A stretch of 31,840 bases of DNA from Candidatus Thalassarchaeaceae archaeon (GTDB taxonomy: Archaea > Thermoplasmatota > Poseidoniia > Poseidoniales > Thalassarchaeaceae): NCBI GenBank assembly GCA_963581345.1, contig CAUZNH010000001.1, forward strand, positions 1-31,840, written 5' to 3'. A program made the position numbers and the translations under genes. Below the pieces are notes generated by a model that searched no databases, was not told the origin of the DNA, and saw only the letters and a list, made by a program, of their open reading frames with translations. Below, piece after piece: positions 7,972 to 16,167 of the stretch (positions are counted from its first letter, which is position 1; each line of letters starts with the position of its first letter).

Positions 7972-8291
7972 TATGAACCCTCAAACTGTTTTACCATCTG
8001 ATCGTATTGAGTTCGCAGAGTTTCTTCTTGAACTACTAATCTTTGTTCATGTTCTTTGAGGGTTGTAATAGTCTTCTCAATGTCCTCAGATAATTTTCCC
8101 CTATCACTCACTTCTAACAGAAGAGGTCCGGACTGCCGATAAACTGCCCTGTCATCTTCTTGAGTAGATAAGTGTTCAAGAGTGCCTTCTAATTCTTTGA
8201 TTTGTCCACTAACTGATGCTACTTGTTGTGCTGAACTCTGTAATTCAGCCACAACCATTTGCAATCTTTGCCGGATATCTTCTGTCACCAT
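7971..8291 (-). CDS. pfdB: Prefoldin beta subunit
   Basis: Two coiled coils flanking VYRQSGPLLLE, and position in the superoperon. Confidence 0.9.
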   Translation of the reverse strand: MVTEDIRQRLQMVVAELQSSAQQVASVSGQIKELEGTLEHLSTQEDDRAVYRQSGPLLLEVSDRGKLSEDIEKTITTLKEHEQRLVVQEETLRTQYDQMVKQFEGS

Positions 8292-8306
8292 CTCAATCTC
8301 TCATTT

Positions 8307-8555
8307 TCATCGGCTGCGGTTGACCTCAATAAGGGACTCGGATGCAGCTTGGATTAACCTAAGCGCGGTATTGAGCCTTGCTCTTAGGTCAGATGTGTTT
8401 TCAGCAGTTACTCGAACAGACAAAGAGGATGAGTTGGTTTCAATCCCAACATCTTCAGTTACTAAAGCAGCAGCTAATGCATTAACATCAACAGTTTGAC
8501 TGAGAGTGAGAGTGGCACTGCAGGCATCACTCTTCTTCGCTACCATCATCACCAT
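8307..8555 (-). CDS. pcc1: KEOPS complex subunit Pcc1 (start may be ATG 8549 or 8546)
   Basis: LSVRVTAENTSDLRARLNTALRLI matches the Pcc1 C-terminal signature. Conserved position between rpl37ae and pfdB. Confidence 0.75.
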   Translation of the reverse strand: MVMMVAKKSDACSATLTLSQTVDVNALAAALVTEDVGIETNSSSLSVRVTAENTSDLRARLNTALRLIQAASESLIEVNRSR

Positions 8556-8934
8556 CTCCCTCGGTGGTAATCTCTGCTAGTGGAGCATCTTCATCTTTTT
8601 CATTAAGAGTACGCTCGTATTCTATAGCAGCATTTTGAGCTATCAATGCCATATCGGTTGCAGTTGCTCCTTCAACTGAACGGCGTACAATCCTATTATT
8701 TGCATCAGATGCACGAGTAAATGGTTGCCAGACTCCGCCTGCAAATGTGTGGCCACACTTTCGGCAAGCCCATATTCCAGGAGATTCGCGTCTAACCTTT
8801 TGATATTGGCACACTGGGCAAGAATACTCTCTCTTCACCTTTCTTAGTGCAGACGAGGCTCTGCGTCGGACGCTAACACCGTATCTTGCTCCGAACCTTG
8901 CTTCGAGTCCTGCTTTCTTAGTGCGCTTTGCCAT
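8527..8934 (-). CDS. rpl37ae: 50S ribosomal protein eL43 (L37Ae) with long C-terminal extension
   Basis: GARYGVSVRRR, CPVC...GIWACRKCGHTFAGG zinc ribbon. SD GAGGTG. Confidence 0.96.
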   Translation of the reverse strand: MAKRTKKAGLEARFGARYGVSVRRRASSALRKVKREYSCPVCQYQKVRRESPGIWACRKCGHTFAGGVWQPFTRASDANNRIVRRSVEGATATDMALIAQNAAIEYERTLNEKDEDAPLAEITTEGDGDDGSEEE

Positions 8935-8943
8935 ACAAACACC

Positions 8944-9723
8944 TCACATTGAATCAACTAATTTTCTCAACTCGGAACATCGAACCTTAGCCGCTTCCAT
9001 GATTTCTACAAATTCGCTCGCCGTGAACGCTCCCTTTAATCCCTTCTGCAAAGAGTGGACATGGTCACCTTCACCAAGAGTGATGTGGATTCTCTCATCA
9101 CCGCCAACTTCCTCTTCTCTGTTAGAGTCATAAACGAACCTACCGCCTACTTTCTGGAAAGAGCACATGATTGGTGTTTTGTTAACTGGGAATTTTCTAT
9201 CTTCGCCAATATCAAACCGTTCACCAGGAAGGGTCGCATTGTGAAGCGCAGCAATCGCAGCCAATCCAAATGCATCGAATAAATTACCATCATCGCTGAT
9301 TGCAAAACAATCAATGATTACCTGCCAAACTTTTTCACCAGGAATAATACACAAATCTTTGGTGTCAATACAACCAGATTCACGAATCCCTCGGTCTACT
9401 ACTCTACTCATCTCTATGCTTTCTGGACTTGGTGGTCCTGGTTCGATGTGACGGCCGGCTCCTGGCCTCAATTCAGCACTTGTCATGAGTCCACCTTCAT
9501 CAGGCCGATCAGGATAAGGGGTTTGAATTTGGAATTTGATACCACAGAATACGATTGTATCTCCCATCCGCACTCTTGCACTACCTTCTGCGCGGTCAAG
9601 AACTCCAACTTCCAAAGAAAGCTCTCGTCCTTCCCATCGGCCTCGGCCATCTGCTCTTTGGTCTCTTGATGCTAGTTCTGCGAGGTGGGCTCGTAGCAAT
9701 TCAGGAACTAGGGGTTGAGCCAT
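8944..9723 (-). CDS. rrp42: Exosome complex RNase PH-like subunit Rrp42 (start ATG 9723, TAATG-coupled to rrp41)
   Basis: RADGRGRWEGR, AEGSARVRMGDT, PYPDRPDEG, SRVVDRGIRESGCID, DDGNLFDA. Confidence 0.95.
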   Translation of the reverse strand: MAQPLVPELLRAHLAELASRDQRADGRGRWEGRELSLEVGVLDRAEGSARVRMGDTIVFCGIKFQIQTPYPDRPDEGGLMTSAELRPGAGRHIEPGPPSPESIEMSRVVDRGIRESGCIDTKDLCIIPGEKVWQVIIDCFAISDDGNLFDAFGLAAIAALHNATLPGERFDIGEDRKFPVNKTPIMCSFQKVGGRFVYDSNREEEVGGDERIHITLGEGDHVHSLQKGLKGAFTASEFVEIMEAAKVRCSELRKLVDSM

Positions 9724-10454
9724 TATTGCCCACCTCCATATTTGTTCGCAATTGCTTCCTTCATTAATACATGAATTTTGAGTGCGGCCTCCATATTGTA
9801 ATCCCAAGCCTCTTGGAATTCAGAAGGTGATAGGTCTCCATCCATTTGTAGAAATACAAGTTCTCCACTGTTTGGGAGTACGCCCATTGGTAAATCCGCT
9901 GCGCCATAATTATCCTCTTCCTTATTCAGATCACAGACTACAATTCCGTTGATTTTTCCGCTAGCCACACTGACTACCATGTCCGTCATTGGTATACCAG
10001 CATCCGCTAGAGCAAGTGATGCAGCAGTTAATCCTACACAACGTGTCCCAGCTTCAGCGCAAATCACTTCAATTTCAACTCTGATTTTACTACGAGGATA
10101 AAGCTCCAGTAATACAACTGATTCCAAAGCATCTGATGTGACCTTACTTATCTCACGGCTACGTCTGTTGAAACCTGGGCGGAATCGGTCTGTTGTTGAG
10201 AATGGTGCCATATTGTAACGAACGTCAAGAACAGCTCGTTCTTGGCGTTGAATCTTCCTAGGATGGGCCTCCATTGGACCGTAAACCGAGGCGATTACGT
10301 AATTAGTGCCCCAGCGCATACTAGCAGAACCGTCCGCTACTGGAACTACGCCTAGTTCAATTTCTATTGGGCGTATATCGCCTGCTTTCCGGCCATCAAC
10401 CCGATTTCCATTCTCATCTATCATTTGGACGTCACTGTATCCCATTTTCATCAC
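9723..10454 (-). CDS. rrp41: Exosome complex catalytic subunit Rrp41
   Basis: RVDGRK, ADGSA, VYGPME, YNMAPFSTTDR, RRSREISKV, AGTR, ALADAGIPM, DLNKEED...ADLP, LQMDG. Confidence 0.97.
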   Translation of the reverse strand: MMKMGYSDVQMIDENGNRVDGRKAGDIRPIEIELGVVPVADGSASMRWGTNYVIASVYGPMEAHPRKIQRQERAVLDVRYNMAPFSTTDRFRPGFNRRSREISKVTSDALESVVLLELYPRSKIRVEIEVICAEAGTRCVGLTAASLALADAGIPMTDMVVSVASGKINGIVVCDLNKEEDNYGAADLPMGVLPNSGELVFLQMDGDLSPSEFQEAWDYNMEAALKIHVLMKEAIANKYGGGQ

Positions 10455-11155
10455 TCTCCATTTCCGTTTGCTAGATGGCCAGTAAAAGCACCAGCCAAAT
10501 CTGTTGAATGTTCATTATCTCGCACGAATGCCAATGCATTTCGTACTATGCGAATCCCCTCTGGTTCACCATCAACCCAAATTCTACCGTTCGCACCTAA
10601 GATTATCCTGCAATTGCTTGCATCCTTAAGTTGGTTAATGATAGCATTAGAACCACTAGAAATAGTGCCGACAAGGTGTGGTGGTATTGTGTCAACGAAT
10701 CCTGAGTTAACCTTCCTTAATCCCATACCTTTCATTGTTACAACAGAAGAATGTGCCTCATCTACTTCTTGGATCCGGCATAAAATTGTGGTGCCGACAT
10801 TCATTGCATCACGAGTGCCCCCATAATCAATCTTCATCGGAGCCAAACTCATTGGGAGGATTGCATTGAATGGTGCATTCAAGTCAATAAACCAGATATT
10901 AGATCTCATGCCCTCAATGTAGCCAATAACTAAATCACCTGGTCTAGGGAAGTAAGCAGTATGTATTGGTGTGATTGAAACTTCACCGGATTTTGCAACG
11001 ATATAACCAAGTTTGGTTGCTATAAATTCACCATTTATTTTGATGATTCCGTGACCAAGCCGGTCACTTGTATCTAAACTAATTTTATCGCCGGGTATCA
11101 CTAGGCTGCCGGATGCAGCCAAAGTGCGCCCATCCGAGGCGCCACTACTACTCAT
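10451..11155 (-). CDS. rrp4: Exosome RNA-binding subunit Rrp4 (S1+KH)
   Basis: VIPGD, YFPRPGDLVIG, IILGANGRIWV. Position upstream of rrp41. Confidence 0.93.
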   Translation of the reverse strand: MSSSGASDGRTLAASGSLVIPGDKISLDTSDRLGHGIIKINGEFIATKLGYIVAKSGEVSITPIHTAYFPRPGDLVIGYIEGMRSNIWFIDLNAPFNAILPMSLAPMKIDYGGTRDAMNVGTTILCRIQEVDEAHSSVVTMKGMGLRKVNSGFVDTIPPHLVGTISSGSNAIINQLKDASNCRIILGANGRIWVDGEPEGIRIVRNALAFVRDNEHSTDLAGAFTGHLANGNGE

Positions 11156-11227
11156 ATTTCTTCTCCGAGCCGGCCGACCGGACTATCCTCTATAACCGTT
11201 GCACAGCAAAAGGGTAATTGAGTGGGT

Positions 11228-11917
11228 TCACTTCATCTCTTTAACCACAACATCTGAGGCTCTTTTCCCTACCTTAGCGATATAATCATTTTTCATACCA
11301 GCAGGTATCTCTACTGTAAATGCCCAATCACCATTAGGCAACCAATCTTCACGAAGGACGTCTTCCCGAACTAAAGCAAAAACCGGACCATAATTCGTAC
11401 CTCCAACTTTGAATGCTAACTTAATGGTAGTAAACGATATGGGGATTAGTTCCCTTATCATTGCGACAGCATCTTTGACTTGTTTTTCGACTGATTTGAA
11501 GGGGTCGGCTTTGAATCTAGCTTCAATAAGAGCATTTTCAACTCTTTGAGGAGGATGTGGGAGTTTTGTTTGAGGGTCAATCCCTAGCATACAAATGTCT
11601 GCAATCACCTGTCTTGTTTTTTCTTCTATCATCTTTTTTCGTTGGTCAGTAGTAAGTTGAATACTCCCTTCTAGGATGATTTTTTCTACACATGGGCCCA
11701 GTTCTGTTGTCCCAAACACGCCTTCTAATTTTTCACTGGTGGGTCTTTCCCCATTCTTCGCATCATGCCAAACCTCGTCAGTTGCTAATAAATCATCAAG
11801 TTCCACACTGGTGTGATCATTTTTCCATTGGTGAACTAAATCTGGATCTACCAACACTTCATACCGTTTCCCGCCTTTCTCAAGTCGGGCAATTACGGCG
11901 TCATCCATACTGACCAT
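11228..11917 (-). CDS. Ribosome maturation factor SBDS/Sdo1
   Basis: MVSMDDAVIARLEKGGKRYEVLVDP, QLTTDQRKKMIEEK, IDPQTKLPHPPQRVENA, EIPAG. Confidence 0.97.
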   Translation of the reverse strand: MVSMDDAVIARLEKGGKRYEVLVDPDLVHQWKNDHTSVELDDLLATDEVWHDAKNGERPTSEKLEGVFGTTELGPCVEKIILEGSIQLTTDQRKKMIEEKTRQVIADICMLGIDPQTKLPHPPQRVENALIEARFKADPFKSVEKQVKDAVAMIRELIPISFTTIKLAFKVGGTNYGPVFALVREDVLREDWLPNGDWAFTVEIPAGMKNDYIAKVGKRASDVVVKEMK

Positions 11918-11972
11918 GAAGGGTCCTCAAACTAAGCGAGAAGGGGGGATGCGCATAGCATCTTCGCAAAAA

Positions 11973-12695
11973 TCATTCTTCATTTGCTGGTAACTTGTTA
12001 ATATGGCCTATGGTTTCTTCTTGATCCATCAATCTGAAACCATCTTTATTGAGAACTGCAATTTGTACTGCATTCTTGTTTAAATCATCATCCAAAGATG
12101 AGCGAAGTGCTTCTAAACCAAGTTTAATAGCTGCATTCTGAGTCATGTTCTTCTTCCATTTGCTCTCAAAATACTCAACAACAGTATTTCTCCCTCTACC
12201 TACCGCCCCTGCGTGATACGATTGGTATGCACCACTAGGGTCGGTTTCGTATAGGTGGATGCCGTTGTCATCCACTCCGGCGATTAAAAGGGCTGTTCCA
12301 AATGGCCTAGTCCCACCATACTGGGTGAATGACTGCTTGAAATTGCAGATTTTCTTTGTCAGAATATCAACAGGAACTTTGTCACTATAGGTAATCCTAT
12401 TAATTTGACATTCTGCACGAGCTCTGGCAACCAATTGCCGGGCATCGGCTACAAGACCGGATGTCGCGAACCCTATGTGATCATCAATTTTGTAGACTTT
12501 GTCAATGGATTCTGGGATGATTAATCGACTAGCAATTCGTTTGTCAACAATCAATAATACCCCACCTCGGTACTTCAACCCTACAGTTGTAGTACCTCTT
12601 TTTACAGACTCTCTTGCATATTCAACTTGAAACAATCGGCCATCAGGGCTGAATGTTGTGATTCCGTGGTCGTATCCTCTTCCGCTTGGTTGCAT
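11973..12695 (-). CDS. psmA: Proteasome alpha subunit
   Basis: GYDHGITTFSPDGRLFQVEYARE, IDDHIG, SGLVADARQL, GGTRPFGTALLIAG, LYETDPSG. SD AGGTGA. Confidence 0.99.
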   Translation of the reverse strand: MQPSGRGYDHGITTFSPDGRLFQVEYARESVKRGTTTVGLKYRGGVLLIVDKRIASRLIIPESIDKVYKIDDHIGFATSGLVADARQLVARARAECQINRITYSDKVPVDILTKKICNFKQSFTQYGGTRPFGTALLIAGVDDNGIHLYETDPSGAYQSYHAGAVGRGRNTVVEYFESKWKKNMTQNAAIKLGLEALRSSLDDDLNKNAVQIAVLNKDGFRLMDQEETIGHINKLPANEE

Positions 12696-12806
12696 CTGTT
12701 CACCTAAACGCGGCTGTCGGACGGACTCTTATGAACCTTGAGAACCAATATAAACAATCTAAAGCATCGCCCACTTCTTTTTCACCAACCACACCATCCG
12801 ACATTC

Positions 12807-13589
12807 ATGCGAGTCATTGTACTGTCTTCAGGAGGAAAAGATTCGTGTTACGCAGTTTGGTGGGCTTTGATGAAAGGTTGGAAAGTTTCTGGTATCGTCA
12901 CAATCAACATTACCGGGGATGATTCAATGATGTTCCAAGTTCCAGCAACTTCGATTGCTGGATTACAGGCTAGTTCAGGTGGCATCCCCTGGTTACAAGT
13001 GAATGTAGAGGGAGATGAAGACACTGAAATTGAAGAACTTGAGTCTAAGTTAAGACCAATCATTAATGGAACAAACAGCCCAGTTACTCCCCAAAATTGG
13101 ACTAGTGATGAGATTAAAGACATTTGTGACTTTAATGTTAATCCCAGCCAAACGATTAGAAAACTTGTTCCTGGCCAAACGATAGATGCGATTGTAACAG
13201 GTGCCTTACGAAGTGATTATCAAAAAACTAGAATTGAACAGATGGCACAACGACTTGGAATCAAATCTTTCTGTCCATTATGGCACCATAATCCATTGAA
13301 TCATATGCGTGACCTTGTTCACCACGGATTTGAATTAATTTTCTGTTCAGTTTCATGTGATGGATTGGATCAAGATTGGATAGGGAAAAAATTAGACAAG
13401 AATAGTTTAGATGAATTAGAACTACTGGCTGAACAGAACCGATTTTCCATTGATGGTGAAGGCGGCGAGTTTGAAACTACTGTCCTAAACAGCCCCTGGA
13501 TGAATAGAAGAATATCCATCAACGGAGACACTGTTTGGTCTGGTCGACGGGGTCATTTATCGATTAGTGACGTTACTTTTGATGAATAA
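12807..13589 (+). CDS. dph6: Diphthine--ammonia ligase (PP-loop ATPase); start moved to ATG 12807
   Basis: LSSGGKDS PP-loop, SMMFQVP, TGALRSDYQKTRIE, PLWH, IDGEGGEFETTVL. Confidence 0.9.
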   Translation: MRVIVLSSGGKDSCYAVWWALMKGWKVSGIVTINITGDDSMMFQVPATSIAGLQASSGGIPWLQVNVEGDEDTEIEELESKLRPIINGTNSPVTPQNWTSDEIKDICDFNVNPSQTIRKLVPGQTIDAIVTGALRSDYQKTRIEQMAQRLGIKSFCPLWHHNPLNHMRDLVHHGFELIFCSVSCDGLDQDWIGKKLDKNSLDELELLAEQNRFSIDGEGGEFETTVLNSPWMNRRISINGDTVWSGRRGHLSISDVTFDE

Positions 13590-13644
13590 GGTGGGCGTTA
13601 TCCTCAAACCAAAAGCCCTTCTCGGCCGAGGCGAGGATACCTAA

Positions 13645-14994
13645 ATGCCACTATGTCCACTAGATTATCGGTACGGTCGCGACTCTGTCAAAAACATATG
13701 GACTGACCTAGGACGTCACTCTCGACAACTTGAGGTGGAGCGTGCACTAATATGGGCGCACAAAGAACTCGGTAAGGTCTCCCAAGCTGATTATGATGCT
13801 ATTGCAGCAATCTCTAACCCCAAAAGTGTCACCAAAGAGAGAGTAGAGGAAATAGAGAATGAAACTAGGCATGACATTATGGCTCTCACTAAAGCAATGG
13901 CAGAACAAGCCGGAGAAGCGGGCTGGTGTATTCATCTAGGCGCTACATCAAATGATATCGTTGACACAGCAGTAGCGTTACAAATTAGGGATTCAATTGA
14001 TCAACAAACTCAAATTCTATGCACATTAATCTCAACAATCGCTGATTTGTCAGAAAGAGAAAGGGACACCGTTTGCATTGGACGTACTCATGGGCAAGCA
14101 GCCGTTCCAATCACTTTTGGATTGAAGGTCGCTGTTTGGGTAGATGAATTTAGACGTCATCTTATTCGATTGCAAGAACTAACTCCTAGAGTTTGTGTAG
14201 GTAAGTTCCTAGGAGCAGTTGGCACAGGAGCAGCCCAGGGTGAAAACGCAAGAGAATTACAAGCACAGATAATGACACACTTAGGTCTAGGCATCCCTCT
14301 CGTAACTACCCAAGTAGTAGGACGTGACCGATATATTGAGTGGGTATCTTGGATGGCCAATGTAGCCACCAGTGTTGAAAAGGTATTACAAGAAATAAGA
14401 AACCTCCAACGAACAGAAATCGCAGAAGTTTACGAGTATTTTGATGTAGAAAAGCAAGTGGGTTCCTCTACGATGGCTCACAAACGTAATCCAATTACTG
14501 CTGAGAATGCCTGTGGGTTGGCTCGCGTAGTACGAGCAATGATGTTACCCACATGGGAAAACGCCCTACTTTGGCATGAACGAGATTTGGCCAACTCCAG
14601 TGCTGAGAGGTTCACACTTTCCCATTCTGTTGTTCTTTTGGATGACATTTTATCAAAATGCAATAGTGTATTGAGTAAACTAGTAGTTGACAAAGAAAAC
14701 ATGTTACGAAATATCAATTCCCAAAATGGTCTAGTCATGGCTGAAAAAGTGATGATAGCTCTTGTAGATAAAGGAATACCTAGAGATGAAGCACATGAAG
14801 TCCTTCGTTCAGCATCTATGGAATCATTAGAGAAAGGAGTGCACTTAGAAGATATTTGTGCAATGACCCCAACTATATCAGCAGTATTTGATGGAGATGA
14901 ACTTCACGGTCTATTTGATCCTAACAGCCATCTTGGTGTATCTGCAGAATTGGTTGATGAAGCAGTAGCAGTAGCAAGAGATGCTATCAAGTGA
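13645..14994 (+). CDS. purB: Adenylosuccinate lyase
   Basis: CPLDYRYG, TRHDIMA, IHLGATSNDI, GRTHGQAAVPITFG, GSSTMAHKRNPI signature, HERDLANSSAER. Confidence 0.98.
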   Translation: MPLCPLDYRYGRDSVKNIWTDLGRHSRQLEVERALIWAHKELGKVSQADYDAIAAISNPKSVTKERVEEIENETRHDIMALTKAMAEQAGEAGWCIHLGATSNDIVDTAVALQIRDSIDQQTQILCTLISTIADLSERERDTVCIGRTHGQAAVPITFGLKVAVWVDEFRRHLIRLQELTPRVCVGKFLGAVGTGAAQGENARELQAQIMTHLGLGIPLVTTQVVGRDRYIEWVSWMANVATSVEKVLQEIRNLQRTEIAEVYEYFDVEKQVGSSTMAHKRNPITAENACGLARVVRAMMLPTWENALLWHERDLANSSAERFTLSHSVVLLDDILSKCNSVLSKLVVDKENMLRNINSQNGLVMAEKVMIALVDKGIPRDEAHEVLRSASMESLEKGVHLEDICAMTPTISAVFDGDELHGLFDPNSHLGVSAELVDEAVAVARDAIK

Positions 14995-15205
14995 TTAACA
15001 TCAATCCACCGAGCGCCAAGCCAGTAAATGTTGCAGTGATGACCAATAACAAAATCATCGCTTGAGGGCCATACTGATTCTTGTCTAATAAGGCAGTACC
15101 AAACAACCCATGAGTACGCAATGCACCACGCAATCCACCTTCAACTTCCTCAAATGCTGGGAGTGAACGTCGAGGGATTCTCTCCCCATCTCTAATACTA
15201 CTCAT
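14987..15205 (-). CDS. Small hypothetical membrane protein (start ATG 15205, or GTG 15211)
   Basis: C-terminal hydrophobic helix AMILLLVITATFTGLALGGLML. SD-like GGGGTGG upstream. Fills an otherwise empty gap. Confidence 0.6.
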   Translation of the reverse strand: MSSIRDGERIPRRSLPAFEEVEGGLRGALRTHGLFGTALLDKNQYGPQAMILLLVITATFTGLALGGLMLIT

Positions 15206-15298
15206 AGCCACCCCACGGAGTGAATGGTCATAGGGATTACCGAAGAATGTATGGTTTTCAAACTAAGTATTCAAAAACCCCCAAACTAACGAAACACT

Positions 15299-15874
15299 GT
15301 GCCCCTCCCAGAATTACCCCCTGTTACGCACTTGGCAGTGGCCGAAGGTTGCGGTGGAACTTCATTGGCGTTACAGTATGCACGTGATACTTTGAATGCA
15401 GGGGGGAGGGTGATTTGGGTTTGCGAAAAATCACCAGACCCAGGTCGGTTTAGCCAAATCCTTTGTGATGTAGATGTTGTTTCACTTTCAAAATTTCACA
15501 TGATGGAGTGTGGTGAAGCCATTTCAGGTGGTGTTCTAACTGCGGGTAAACTCGCTGAAAGATTAACTCCACAACTATTTGTTGTTGATGATTGGACACC
15601 ACGTACCGGGCAGCCAGATAGATTAGCAATTTCTGCAATTGAATCCATCACAAAAATAATCGGCTCTAGCCAATGTAATTTACTAATCACTTCTGCACTT
15701 TACAGTGATGCTAGCGGTGAAGAAGAGTGGAAAACGCGGGGCAAAAAATTACTTGAAAAAATCAAACCATCTAATTGGAGATTAACAATTGCAGAGAGTG
15801 GTTTACAGAAAAGAATACTTTGTGTTGAAGATGAAATTATTCAACTTCAAATTAAGGATAAAGGGTTTAGTTGA
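15299..15874 (+). CDS. RecA/RadB/KaiC-fold protein with degenerate Walker A
   Basis: AEGCGGTSLALQYA...GGRVIWV, Walker B-like LFVVDD, LLITS strand. The Lys of GKT is replaced by Gly. Confidence 0.7.
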   Translation: MPLPELPPVTHLAVAEGCGGTSLALQYARDTLNAGGRVIWVCEKSPDPGRFSQILCDVDVVSLSKFHMMECGEAISGGVLTAGKLAERLTPQLFVVDDWTPRTGQPDRLAISAIESITKIIGSSQCNLLITSALYSDASGEEEWKTRGKKLLEKIKPSNWRLTIAESGLQKRILCVEDEIIQLQIKDKGFS

Positions 15875-15877
15875 CAA

Positions 15878-16141
15878 TTAGTCCTCTTCGTATTCAATTC
15901 CTTGAGCTTCTGCCGCAGATGCCAACAAGTCTCCCATTTCATCGAGAGCACCATCATCTGGTTCATTGAATTGGGCAGGATCTTTTGCTTGGCCACCTAA
16001 TTCATCGGAGCCAGCAATTACAGGCGCATTATCTGCTATTACCGACTGTTGATTACGTTTAATCATCTTCATGATGAGGTATAATAGGGCCCCTGATGCC
16101 ACAAACAACAGAACTTGTGCTATTGATACTGAATCAGCCAT
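15878..16141 (-). CDS. Small hypothetical single-pass membrane protein with acidic cytoplasmic tail
   Basis: N-terminal TM (IAQVLLFVASGALLYLIM), basic KMIKRN, acidic tail. SD GAGGAGAGG. Confidence 0.7.
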   Translation of the reverse strand: MADSVSIAQVLLFVASGALLYLIMKMIKRNQQSVIADNAPVIAGSDELGGQAKDPAQFNEPDDGALDEMGDLLASAAEAQGIEYEED

Positions 16142-16167
16142 GGGGTGCCGAGAAGACCTCTCCTCAA

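Noticed and set aside
10040-10065. Rrp41 AEAGTR instead of ADAGSR as a sign of inactivity
   Set aside because: The phosphate-binding GTR and the acidic DLNKEED...AD residues are intact; the change is conservative.
10425-10826. 133-aa plus-strand ORF
   Set aside because: Antisense shadow of rrp4.
11169-11179. GGUCGGCCGGC upstream of rrp4 as a third copy of the rps12/fusA motif
   Set aside because: Lacks the partner GAAYCGWUG strand, the UAG and the fixed spacing to an AAGGUG SD. More likely a GC-rich near-palindrome.
6985-12695. psmA-SBDS-exosome-rpl37ae-pcc1-pfdB-DHH cluster as a novel system
   Set aside because: This is the well-known conserved archaeal exosome superoperon.
12738-12806. 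Longer N-termini from the ORF track (dph6 12738, rrp42 9807, tiaS 17502, ferredoxin 25523, hypothetical 7094)
   Set aside because: The extensions overlap neighbouring genes or promoters and precede the family N-terminal motifs, so downstream ATGs were used.
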